64,000 bases of DNA. Source: a virus (Duplodnaviria > Heunggongvirae > Uroviricota > Caudoviricetes). How positions within the stretch are numbered: the first letter of the stretch is position 1; every line of letters begins with the position of its first letter. Location: the IMG/VR virus record IMGVR_UViG_3300047159_000064; one strand, given 5' to 3'. The position numbers and the translations under genes are program-made. The notes below the pieces were generated by a model. That model had not been told where the DNA came from, searched no databases, and worked only from the letters and a program-made list of their open reading frames with translations. Positions 38,845 to 47,332 of this stretch are shown piece after piece.

Positions 38845-39657
38845 CTATTTGCCTTCCGTTAGATAAGCCAGCATCTTGGCTCCTTTAGCCGACGTGTAGC
38901 CTGATGCGCAGTAGCCCACGGCGAACAGCTTAGGCACGAACGACGTCATGCAGTAATCGTTTATCTGTGCAGCGCCGCCGGCGTCGACGTTGAACAGCTG
39001 ATGCGCCGATGTCACGAGGTTCGGCCTGCCGCCCAAAAAGACTAGCATGACCGTGCATCTGATTTTGTCGTAGGTGTCGAATTTCACGACCGTCTCGTTG
39101 GAATCGCCCTCAACGAAGCAGTCTGTCACGCATGAATTAGGCAGATAGACTATATTGTCTGCGGCTTTCATCTTCGCCGCCAGATCCGCGTCGCAGCCAG
39201 GCTGCATGGCTTTGTCGCACAAATAGACGTATCTCAGTTTCTTGCTGAGCGCCAAAGCGGCTTCGACGGCGTCTTCCCCATGGCCTACTATCAGCGCTTG
39301 GCTGTATTTGTTCAGCCTCGGAAGGGAATCGACGTCGTAATAGACGCCTTTGACTTCGCGGTTGCCGACGACGAGCTCGTTAGGCGTCTGGCCTGTGGCC
39401 ATGACGACGGTCTCGCTTATCGCCAGCGAGCCGTCTTCCAGCGTCACGGCTATCAAGCCTCTGTTATAGGCTATGAACGTCGCTTTCTGATTGACGCATT
39501 CGACGCCTTCCAGCGGCTTTTTCTTCAGGCGGCTGAAATCTTCGCTTATGAGCGCTACCGTCTTGAATCTTGGCGATTTGGCGAGCTTTCGCGCTGCCTG
39601 CACGCCTTCTTTGCTGGCGCCTACGATTATGGCGTCGTACATCTTGTTCTGTGGCAT
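38845..39657 (-). CDS. Thioredoxin-reductase-like FAD/NAD(P) oxidoreductase fold, degenerate
   Basis: YDAIIVGA, VVMATG, LIVGHGEDAVEAA, PKLFAVG; no CxxC. Confidence 0.6.
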   Translation of the reverse strand: MPQNKMYDAIIVGASKEGVQAARKLAKSPRFKTVALISEDFSRLKKKPLEGVECVNQKATFIAYNRGLIAVTLEDGSLAISETVVMATGQTPNELVVGNREVKGVYYDVDSLPRLNKYSQALIVGHGEDAVEAALALSKKLRYVYLCDKAMQPGCDADLAAKMKAADNIVYLPNSCVTDCFVEGDSNETVVKFDTYDKIRCTVMLVFLGGRPNLVTSAHQLFNVDAGGAAQINDYCMTSFVPKLFAVGYCASGYTSAKGAKMLAYLTEGK

Positions 39658-39675
39658 ATTTGCAACCTTCTTTTT

Positions 39676-39684
39676 ATTATACGG
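39676..39684 (-). promoter_or_regulatory. Candidate early/middle promoter CCGTATAAT
   Basis: Just after the bS21 stop, upstream of 39657. Confidence 0.55.
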
Positions 39685-39686
39685 CA

Positions 39687-39878
39687 TTACCGGCTTCTTC
39701 GGCTTTTGCGGCGCTTGGCCGCGGCGAGCTTAGATTTCGCTTTCCTGGCTAGCGACTTCTTGACGAAGAACTGCCGCTTTCTGCATTCGTCCAGCACGCC
39801 TGAATAGGCTACGGCACGCTTGAATCTCGCCAGCGTGGCGTCTATCGCCTCGTTTTCGAACGGCTCTATCTTTATCAT
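39687..39878 (-). CDS. rpsU: Ribosomal protein bS21
   Basis: ENEAIDATLARFKR...GVLDECRKRQFFVKKS plus a basic tail; 63 aa. Confidence 0.85.
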   Translation of the reverse strand: MIKIEPFENEAIDATLARFKRAVAYSGVLDECRKRQFFVKKSLARKAKSKLAAAKRRKSRRSR

Positions 39879-39879
39879 G

Positions 39880-40830
39880 CTATTCCACCAAACGCTTGCC
39901 TTTCTGCTGCTTCATCATCGTCTGCAGTATTTTCTGGTCGCTGCCGATGTTGGCGTCTCCGCCCCATTTGAGCAGCGACTCTTTGTATCTTGAATCGCCC
40001 TTGTGGTCCCACAGGCTGAAATAAGGGCAGCATGCGGTAGGGCCGGCCTTGTCGAGGTTTGCCTTGTTTTTCTCTAGCATCGGATTGTACTCGCACCAAT
40101 GGCACAGCGGCGTCGGATTCGGCTCCCAGTCGCCGCTCTCAATCCCGCCGAACAGCTTTTCGAGCTTCTTCATGCCGCGCGTCATGTAGCCTGGCGATCC
40201 AGCCGGCTGGTTGCCGTCGCAGAACGGAAGGTCGTATTCGCACGACACCTGGTCTTTGTCGCATTTGTACAGGTCTTCGGCCGCCATCGTGTAGAACACG
40301 AACTGAAGCGGCGTCGTGAGCTCGTCGGCCTCTGCCGGAACGGGCCAGGTCTTTATGTCTTGGATCAGATAGCGATTCGTCGCTTTGTCGTGGATGACGC
40401 GGTCTATGAACCCCTTGAACACGTATTTGTCGTTGTACGCGACTTTGAAATCCTGCTCTGTGCCGACTATCTCGTACGTAGGATGGGCTTTCATGAATCT
40501 CTCAAGCCTGTAGATCTTGTCGTCGAGATATTCGTACATCTTGTCTTTGTACGTGCGATCCGATTTGTCTTTCTCTGAGAAATCCGCAGGGTATCTGCTT
40601 TCGATTTCCGCCATCTTGACGATGATGTTGTTCTTGAGGCTCGGATAGTCTATCGCTTCGCCGGCCCTGATGAAATTGGCTATGCTCTCTTCCGTCTTGT
40701 GGATCAGCGTGCCGAATTCAGTGGCGACGCTGCCTGAGAACAGGTAATGCCCGTCGAGGTACTTGAGCTTGAATTTGAATTTGCATTGCTCATACGTGTC
40801 TATTTTGGAATAAGAAAAATTCTCGCTCAT
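39880..40830 (-). CDS. PD-(D/E)xK RecB/Cas4-like exonuclease
   Basis: FSYSKIDTYEQC, GFIDRV, IQDIKT, QFVFY, LCHWCEY...C Fe-S-type cysteines. Confidence 0.8.
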   Translation of the reverse strand: MSENFSYSKIDTYEQCKFKFKLKYLDGHYLFSGSVATEFGTLIHKTEESIANFIRAGEAIDYPSLKNNIIVKMAEIESRYPADFSEKDKSDRTYKDKMYEYLDDKIYRLERFMKAHPTYEIVGTEQDFKVAYNDKYVFKGFIDRVIHDKATNRYLIQDIKTWPVPAEADELTTPLQFVFYTMAAEDLYKCDKDQVSCEYDLPFCDGNQPAGSPGYMTRGMKKLEKLFGGIESGDWEPNPTPLCHWCEYNPMLEKNKANLDKAGPTACCPYFSLWDHKGDSRYKESLLKWGGDANIGSDQKILQTMMKQQKGKRLVE

Positions 40831-40841
40831 TGCTTTCTCCT

Positions 40842-41747
40842 TTATTGTGCTACGTGAATAAGAATATAATCGAGCAGCCTGTCTTTCGTCATGTCGAGCT
40901 CTGACGACTTGAGCCTGAGGTCTATGCCTGACAGGAACTCTATGTTCTTGAACAGCCTGTCTTGCTGATAGCCGTTGTACAGATACTTCTTGTACGCGAA
41001 ATACTGCTTCTCGGAAACGCCTATCTCTTCGGCGGTCGCTCCGCTGTTCAGCTTTATGAGCGCGATGTTCTTCAGCGTCTTCAGCATGACGTTAGCCAAA
41101 GCTATCGGATCTATGTCGCAATCAGCCTCGTGCTGCATGAAGCCGTAGATCTCTGCTCTGTCGCCTTTTATCACGCTGTCTGCCAGCTTGAACAGCTGCG
41201 CTTCGTAGAAATTGGCTCCTGGCTCGAACCTGACGGCCTCAAAGACCTCTTTTTGCTCGCTTTCGTCGAACAGCGCCACCTTGTCGAGCTCGTTCTTTAT
41301 CTGATAGATGTCGCCGGCCGTCGCTTCGTAAAGCCAGTCTATCTGGCTCGCCTCGAGGCCTGGACACAATACTGCCATGTAATCTTTTATCTGCCATTCC
41401 TGGAGCTTCGGGAAAACGACGACGCTGTCTCCGAGCGCGTCGGACAGCTTCTGGTCTATCTTGTCGCAGACCACGACGACGTCCTCGAACATCGAATAGT
41501 CGGCCGCGACTTCAGAGAACACGTCGGTTTTTAGGACATAAAGCATCCCGCTGTCTTCCTGCAGCGCGAAAGCGGAATCTTCCGAATCGTGCACGCTCGA
41601 TATCGGGCAGGCCGTCTTGTTTCTGACGCGGCAGATCTCGTCTAGGTACTGATTCGCCAGAAAATAATCTCCGTCGCAGACGAAAACCATGAATCTGGAA
41701 TCGACCGATTTGCTTTCAAGCCTCGATTTAAGCTCTGTCAGCTTCAT
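40842..41747 (-). CDS. holA: Clamp-loader delta subunit-like (HolA)
   Basis: GDIYQIKNELDKV, LFKLADSV; in an operon with dnaX and a holB-like gene. Confidence 0.7.
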   Translation of the reverse strand: MKLTELKSRLESKSVDSRFMVFVCDGDYFLANQYLDEICRVRNKTACPISSVHDSEDSAFALQEDSGMLYVLKTDVFSEVAADYSMFEDVVVVCDKIDQKLSDALGDSVVVFPKLQEWQIKDYMAVLCPGLEASQIDWLYEATAGDIYQIKNELDKVALFDESEQKEVFEAVRFEPGANFYEAQLFKLADSVIKGDRAEIYGFMQHEADCDIDPIALANVMLKTLKNIALIKLNSGATAEEIGVSEKQYFAYKKYLYNGYQQDRLFKNIEFLSGIDLRLKSSELDMTKDRLLDYILIHVAQ

Positions 41748-42546
41748 GGTTCGCCTCCTTCCACATCGACGTGACGAAACTCAGCATGAAATTATCCTTG
41801 GATATTGATTTGTTGGCTTTGTCTTTTTTGGCTTTGTTGACCAATTCGTATATCGCCAAATCGGCGTCCGCGCCACCGTTCTTGTAGGCTTTGAAAGCCG
41901 CCAGCTCTAGCGCGTTGAAGAAAAGATCGAAGTCGAATCGGTCGTTTTCGTCTCCGCAGTTGACTTTGGTGACAAGCTTCAGCGCGTTGGCCCAGCTGGT
42001 CTTGCCGATGTTGGCGACTATGGAATCGCACAGCGAAAGCAAGCCTTCGACGTTCTGCGATTCGGCTGCCTTCAGCCGGCCTGGGGTATTGCATACCGCT
42101 AAGAAATCCGGCGTCGCTTTGCTCGGATCCGGCATCAGCGATTTGAGCTGATCGTCGGAGTATCGCTCGAAGAACAGCTTCAGGCATCTGTTCGAGATCG
42201 TCGGCAGCACTCCTACCTCAGAATCGGCCAAAACCACGACGAAGGCGCATTTCGCGGGCTCTTCGATGAATTTAAGAAACTGATTCTGCTGCTTCTCCGA
42301 GAATTTCGAGATCTCTATGACGTACATCGTCGGAGTCGGGCTCTGCGAATACGATATGAGATCGTCATGGGTCATCTCGTCGCTGATGACGACGTAAGCC
42401 AAACCTAAGCGATCCGCAAGCGCCTTAGACAGAAGATGCTTGCCGCATCCAGGCTCGCCTATCAGCATGAGCGTCTTCGGCATTGTGTCTATGCGATACG
42501 AGTCCAGCGCGCCCCTCAATTTTTCTTGTCCTACTATCGCTGCCAT
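41728..42546 (-). CDS. holB: Clamp-loader delta-prime subunit-like (HolB)
   Basis: IVGQ, GEPGCGK, QQNQFLKFIEEP, LPTISNRC. Confidence 0.75.
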   Translation of the reverse strand: MAAIVGQEKLRGALDSYRIDTMPKTLMLIGEPGCGKHLLSKALADRLGLAYVVISDEMTHDDLISYSQSPTPTMYVIEISKFSEKQQNQFLKFIEEPAKCAFVVVLADSEVGVLPTISNRCLKLFFERYSDDQLKSLMPDPSKATPDFLAVCNTPGRLKAAESQNVEGLLSLCDSIVANIGKTSWANALKLVTKVNCGDENDRFDFDLFFNALELAAFKAYKNGGADADLAIYELVNKAKKDKANKSISKDNFMLSFVTSMWKEANHEADRA

Positions 42547-42548
42547 GG

Positions 42549-43574
42549 CTATCCTCTGCACGCTTTGAGCATGTAGGCTTCGATCGTCGATTTGTAAGAG
42601 GCGTCGTATTTGATTTCGGTCTTGAGCTTGAGGATGTGGTCAAGGAACCCGTTAAGGAATTTTCTGTCTATCTGGGCAGTGTAGCTGACGCTGATGCTAT
42701 TATCGGCTGAATTCTCGAGATGCGCCGGAAGATTGGTCATTCCGATGTTCTTGAATATCGCGTATTTAGTCAGGTCGAGCAAGAAATCGAAATACGCGCT
42801 AATGAACTGGCGCAGATCGTCACCGTTGGAATAAAGGCGTTCGATGATGTTCAGCGTCTCCGCCTCATTGCCTTCGTACACGTAATTGGTCAGCCGCAGC
42901 ATCGTCTCGGCGTCCATGTCGCCGATGATGCGCTTTGTGTTGCTCAGGCTGAGATCATGCGAATAATCGGCGCACTGATCCAGCAGAGTGATGGCGTCGC
43001 GCAGGCAGCCCTGGCTGACGTTGCTTATCATCTCGCAGGCGTCTTCGTAGTTCGTGAAGCCTTCCTGCTTGCAGATGTACTCAAGCCTGGCTTTTATGCC
43101 GGCGTTGGAGATTTTCGTGATGTTGTAGCGCTGAAGGCGGTTGAGGATCGTGTCCGGGATCTTGTTTGGCTCCGTGGTGCAGAAAATGTAGATGGTGTAC
43201 CCTGATTCCTCTTCGAGCTCTTTCAGGATGGCCTGCCAGCCTACCGTCGTGATGGCGTGGCATTCGTCGATGATGAATATCTTGTATTCGCCTACTAGGC
43301 TTCTTTCGTGCGCCGAAGAGATTATGGCGCGGATCTGGTCGACGCCGTTGTTGCTCGCCGCGTCGATCTCTATCGGATCGCCGACGCCTTTGTTTATCTC
43401 ATTGGCGAAGATGCGGGCGATCGTCGTCTTGCCGGCCCCGGTGTCTCCGGCGAAAAGATAGGCGTGCTTGAATTCGCGCTTTTCCAGCACTTTCGTCAGG
43501 ATCTTTATGGTCAGCCCTTGCTCGACGACGTCAGAAAAAGCCTTAGGTCTGTACTTATTTGCTAATGATTCCAT
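42549..43574 (-). CDS. dnaX: Clamp-loader ATPase gamma/tau N-terminal domains (DnaX)
   Basis: LANKYRP, GDTGAGKTT, EIDAASNNGVD, IIDECH, CLRDAITLLDQ. Confidence 0.92.
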   Translation of the reverse strand: MESLANKYRPKAFSDVVEQGLTIKILTKVLEKREFKHAYLFAGDTGAGKTTIARIFANEINKGVGDPIEIDAASNNGVDQIRAIISSAHERSLVGEYKIFIIDECHAITTVGWQAILKELEEESGYTIYIFCTTEPNKIPDTILNRLQRYNITKISNAGIKARLEYICKQEGFTNYEDACEMISNVSQGCLRDAITLLDQCADYSHDLSLSNTKRIIGDMDAETMLRLTNYVYEGNEAETLNIIERLYSNGDDLRQFISAYFDFLLDLTKYAIFKNIGMTNLPAHLENSADNSISVSYTAQIDRKFLNGFLDHILKLKTEIKYDASYKSTIEAYMLKACRG

Positions 43575-43596
43575 TATATCTCCTCGAATCCATGTT

Positions 43597-43605
43597 ATTA
43601 TACGA
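43597..43605 (-). promoter_or_regulatory. Candidate early/middle promoter TCGTATAAT
   Basis: Intergenic, upstream of dnaX. Confidence 0.55.
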
Positions 43606-43608
43606 TTG

Positions 43609-43983
43609 CTATTGCTGGCTTATCGTCGAAATCTGAGTTATCTCGTCCATAGACAGCCAGCCGGACCACATATTGGCGGTATCGGCCTGCCTGTCGTAAT
43701 CGTACTCAAGGCAGTCGAAATAGACCATCTTGCCCATCGTCTTGGACACGCATGCCTTCAGGTATTTGCTTTTCGGGAACCCGCCGGAATTCCAATTGAC
43801 CGCTGTCACAGAATTGGGGTTGTTCAGCACCTCTTGCGACACGGAGATGAGATATGTTTTACCTATGTCGTACCTCGGCTTAGAATATTTTGGCACGAGC
43901 ACCGAGTAGACGCCTGGCTTAAGCCCGCTGAGATCGGCGAAAGAGCAGTTCTGAAGCTGCTCTTGCACGTATTTGCGTATCAT
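43609..43983 (-). CDS. Hypothetical protein
   Basis: 124 aa ORF. Confidence 0.6.
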   Translation of the reverse strand: MIRKYVQEQLQNCSFADLSGLKPGVYSVLVPKYSKPRYDIGKTYLISVSQEVLNNPNSVTAVNWNSGGFPKSKYLKACVSKTMGKMVYFDCLEYDYDRQADTANMWSGWLSMDEITQISTISQQ

Positions 43984-43985
43984 TT

Positions 43986-44375
43986 TTAGCGAAGCTCTTT
44001 TCTGGCGTCGAAGGCTTCTATGGCCTTTGCGTCGCTGTCGGCTTCGAATTCTACGGCCGCGAGATACTGCATGTCGCCCAAAGCTTCCGGAATATAGCAG
44101 TGATAGGCGCGTTTCTTGCCTTTTAGCACCGCGTCGCCATCGTCTTCAGTGCTGATGAGCGAGTATCCGTCGTCAGAGAACTGATAGACGTGAGATTTTC
44201 CTTTTTCTGAGAAATAAGGATCCGCCGTGACGAAGCGCGTGCCTTTGTAGCTCATGCTGCCGAACACAGGGGCCGTTTTGCCTTCGTACGCGATCAAAGC
44301 CCTGCGGACGCGCACGGCCTCTTCGTCGTCGACGAGATCGTTCTTGACGTTTATCGCCACCATCGAGTATTTCAT
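43986..44375 (-). CDS. Hypothetical protein
   Basis: 129 aa ORF with SD GGGAG. Confidence 0.6.
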   Translation of the reverse strand: MKYSMVAINVKNDLVDDEEAVRVRRALIAYEGKTAPVFGSMSYKGTRFVTADPYFSEKGKSHVYQFSDDGYSLISTEDDGDAVLKGKKRAYHCYIPEALGDMQYLAAVEFEADSDAKAIEAFDARKELR

Positions 44376-44432
44376 GCTGATTTCTCCCTGTTTATATTTT
44401 ATATATAATACGGCATAAAAGAAAGAAGAACC

Positions 44433-44819
44433 TTATTCAGGCTCTTCTTTGCTGAGTTTCACGAACTCTTGCAGCGCCTTGAAAAGCGCTTCGTCTATGA
44501 TATAATAGTTATCTCCGCCTGGGCCGAAACTGAACGCCAGCGCCCAGTTCTGCCTGCCGTCGAACACCATCTCATGCCTGAGCTTGTCGATCCATTCTTT
44601 CTTGATCGACATCGAATCGCAGTCTGACGTCTTCGTCTTGCACTCGATGGCCCAATCTTTCGTCAGCACGTCCGATTTTCCGCCGAAGTCAGTCGCGCCT
44701 GAATTAGGCGTCGTTCTTCCGCCTACAGCCTTAGCGACGGCTTTCTCTTGGCGCGAGCTGAAGTAGCGAGTAGGCTTCTGCTCGCCTTCTTTTACCCTAG
44801 TCTTTATCCCCGCCGCCAT
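44433..44819 (-). CDS. Holliday-junction-resolvase-like PD-(D/E)xK nuclease
   Basis: QEK..AK, SGA, SDV, IECKT, SIKKEW. Confidence 0.7.
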   Translation of the reverse strand: MAAGIKTRVKEGEQKPTRYFSSRQEKAVAKAVGGRTTPNSGATDFGGKSDVLTKDWAIECKTKTSDCDSMSIKKEWIDKLRHEMVFDGRQNWALAFSFGPGGDNYYIIDEALFKALQEFVKLSKEEPE

Positions 44820-46083
44820 TTTTAGGCTCCTCTTCGGCAATCGGGCCGCAAGAAGCCTCAGGCTCAGGATCGCCGCCATCTGGGTCTTCTTCTTCAGGCG
44901 CTGAAGCGCCTTTCGAATCAGGCTTAGGCTTAGAGCGATCGAACTGATGCTCCACCGCGTGCTCTTGATCGTCGATTTCGGCCGCCGTTCTGTCGTCGAG
45001 CAGCGAGCCGTATGAATCGTCTGACGCCGAAATGTATTTGTTCAGCATCGCGAGGTATTGGTTCTGGAATTCGACGTGAGTCATGATGTAATCGACCAAA
45101 TCGGCTTTCTTGCCTTGCAGAGGCTTGCCGTCGTCACCTTCGAACAATTCGCCTGTCTCCAGGTTGACGAGCTGATAAGTGACGTTGTTGACGCGTTTTA
45201 TGAAATCGAAGCCGATCGCTATCTCGAGCAAATCGTGCATCCAATCCAAACCGGTCGCGTAGCGGTAGGTTATGAAGCCGCCGCCGCGGTTGCACGGCGC
45301 GGTCTTGTTCTTCATGATCTTGAACAGAAGCCTGAAGCCGTCTGCGCCTTCGCCGTTTTCTTTGCCGCAGGCGTCCATGTCGTCCAATTTTGTGAACTTG
45401 CGCGTGCCGAATCTGACTGATACAGACGAATAATACTGAGGCGCGCCGCCGCAAGGCTCTTTGTAGATCGGAAGCCCGGTGAACGTCGTGCCGACCTGCC
45501 TGACCTGATTGATGAGTATGAGGATGTTGTTCTTCTCGGCGACCATCGACTGCATGATCGACAGGAACGGATAAAGCTTTTTGGCTATAGTCCCTCTCAT
45601 GCCCGCGTCTTTGGTCAGATCGTTCTCGAGGACGATCGCCGGCATCATCGCCGGAAGCGAATCGAGCACGATGGCGCCCGTGTCTTCGCCTTTCTGCAGC
45701 TCGACGATCAAATCGCAGATCTGCTCGCCTGAAAGGCCTACAGGATTGACGTAGAACAGCTTGCTGAGATCCAAGCCGTTCATCCTGGCCTGGAATTTAA
45801 GATCGAGCGTGTGCTCGACGTCCACGAACACGCAGGTCTGCTTCGGGAACATGCGCTGATACGCGGCCAATTCGCAGCATGCGCCGGTCGTCTTTCCGGA
45901 GTGCTGCAGTCCCGAGTAAACGGCGATTCTGCCCAAAGGCAGGCCGCCGAAAAGCGGGTAATCCATGCCTAACGCGCCGCACGCCAAACGCTCGTAATAA
46001 GGCAGAATGTTGCTTTTGATGATGAGTTTGTCCGTTTTGTATTCTTTGTTGAGACGGGACACTATTTCGCTAATTGATGACAT
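44797..46083 (-). CDS. recA: RecA/UvsX recombinase
   Basis: GGLPLGRI, GLQHSGKTT, VDVEHTLD, IVLDS, INQVR, KNKTAP. Confidence 0.92.
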   Translation of the reverse strand: MSSISEIVSRLNKEYKTDKLIIKSNILPYYERLACGALGMDYPLFGGLPLGRIAVYSGLQHSGKTTGACCELAAYQRMFPKQTCVFVDVEHTLDLKFQARMNGLDLSKLFYVNPVGLSGEQICDLIVELQKGEDTGAIVLDSLPAMMPAIVLENDLTKDAGMRGTIAKKLYPFLSIMQSMVAEKNNILILINQVRQVGTTFTGLPIYKEPCGGAPQYYSSVSVRFGTRKFTKLDDMDACGKENGEGADGFRLLFKIMKNKTAPCNRGGGFITYRYATGLDWMHDLLEIAIGFDFIKRVNNVTYQLVNLETGELFEGDDGKPLQGKKADLVDYIMTHVEFQNQYLAMLNKYISASDDSYGSLLDDRTAAEIDDQEHAVEHQFDRSKPKPDSKGASAPEEEDPDGGDPEPEASCGPIAEEEPKNGGGDKD

Positions 46084-46100
46084 TTGTTCTTCTCTCCGGC

Positions 46101-46304
46101 TTATTGCGCCTTATTGACGTCTTCCGCCAGGTATTCGGCCAAGTATTGCTTGCCTTCTTTGGCGGACGGCGCAGAAACGTAATTGATCAGGAACATCCTG
46201 ATGAGCGCCGAGACGGTTATCTCGTTGTCCGCGGCCTTAGCCTTGACCTTATCGAGAAGGTCTTTGGACAATTTCACCGAAATCAAAGTCTGTTCTTTCT
46301 TCAT
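46101..46304 (-). CDS. Ribbon-helix-helix DNA-binding protein
   Basis: LISVKLSKDLLDKVKAKAADNEITVSALIRMFL. Confidence 0.7.
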   Translation of the reverse strand: MKKEQTLISVKLSKDLLDKVKAKAADNEITVSALIRMFLINYVSAPSAKEGKQYLAEYLAEDVNKAQ

Positions 46305-46316
46305 TTTTGCCTCCGG

Positions 46317-46838
46317 CTATTCCGCTGTCGGCGCCGGGCTGTCCACCTGGCCGCTTCCGGCCGACATAGACGTGTATTTGAGATCTTGCATGCGCGACAT
46401 CAGAATCGACGAGATGGCCGCGACCAAGCGATGCAGCTGGTCTACTTTGTTCTTGAGCAGGTTAGCCATATAAGAATAGAGCGTGTCGGATACGGTCTCT
46501 GAGGCCGTGGCGACCAACGCCAGTTTGTCTTTGACGGCCGCGGAGCCGTCGGTGCCGTTGAAATTGACGGCGAACGCCTCTTCGTGCAAAGCGTCTGCCA
46601 ATTCCGCTTTCAGGATGGACTTCTCTTTGATTTCGCTGATCTCGAACGCCTTCAGCTGAAGCCTGAGAATGTAATCTCTGAGCTGGTCGATAGACAGCGA
46701 GTTTATGTGCGCGTTGAGCGCGTCGACGAGCTCGTTGACCGGGTTAAGCACTGGATCGAGGATGCCGTTCGCGATCTCGACGAGATCGTGGTAGTTCATC
46801 TCCACTCTGTTTAAAGCGTCTTCTAACTTCTTATCCAT
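46317..46838 (-). CDS. Hypothetical coiled-coil protein
   Basis: 173 aa ORF. Confidence 0.6.
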   Translation of the reverse strand: MDKKLEDALNRVEMNYHDLVEIANGILDPVLNPVNELVDALNAHINSLSIDQLRDYILRLQLKAFEISEIKEKSILKAELADALHEEAFAVNFNGTDGSAAVKDKLALVATASETVSDTLYSYMANLLKNKVDQLHRLVAAISSILMSRMQDLKYTSMSAGSGQVDSPAPTAE

Positions 46839-47329
46839 TATTGCTCCTTAGCCGCCGGTTTGGCGTAATCGAGAAGGCATGAATAATCTGACTCCATGAA
46901 AACTCTTTTTTTCTCCGACGGTATTTCTACGATATTATACGACTTATCCTGCAGGGCCTTAAGCCCGACGGATTTCTCTCCGGCCAGCGTCATTCTCTCC
47001 ATCTCTTCGATAGGCACCCAGAACACCTTGTCTTTCTCAGACAGCCAGACAAGCACGCCTGGATAGACGCCTGTTATGCCTTTGTAAGCCAGAAGCCTGT
47101 CGTATTGGCTTATGGCCGAGAAAGGTATCGACGCGCCTAAATGCTCTTTGCATTCCATCAAGAACAGCTTGCCTGAGACGTAGCATACGAAATCGCAGGG
47201 GTTCATCGACGTCTGCTTGAATCCAGTCATCTGATCGGCCAGGCGCAGGATGAAGCTGTCTGGGAACGTCGTCTTTCAGTTTAGCCTGAACTGCGTCTCG
47301 AATTTTTTGCCTAAGCTTGCTTTAGACAT
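46838..47329 (-). CDS. recU: RecU-like Holliday junction resolvase; TGA at 47278-47276 read as Trp
   Basis: MSKASLGKKFETQFRLN*KTTFPDSF..., PCDF, MECK, SQYDRL; ATG 47329 lies 4 nt after the dnaN stop. Confidence 0.75.
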
Positions 47330-47332
47330 GCC

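Noticed and set aside
42549-43574. Programmed -1 frameshift in dnaX as in E. coli
   Set aside because: The gene encodes only the gamma-length domains and ends at a normal TAG overlapping holB; no tau extension to bypass.
39-47278. TGA as Gly (table 25) or selenocysteine
   Set aside because: Contexts fit aromatic Trp positions, not Gly turns or catalytic Cys. Not formally excluded without alignments.
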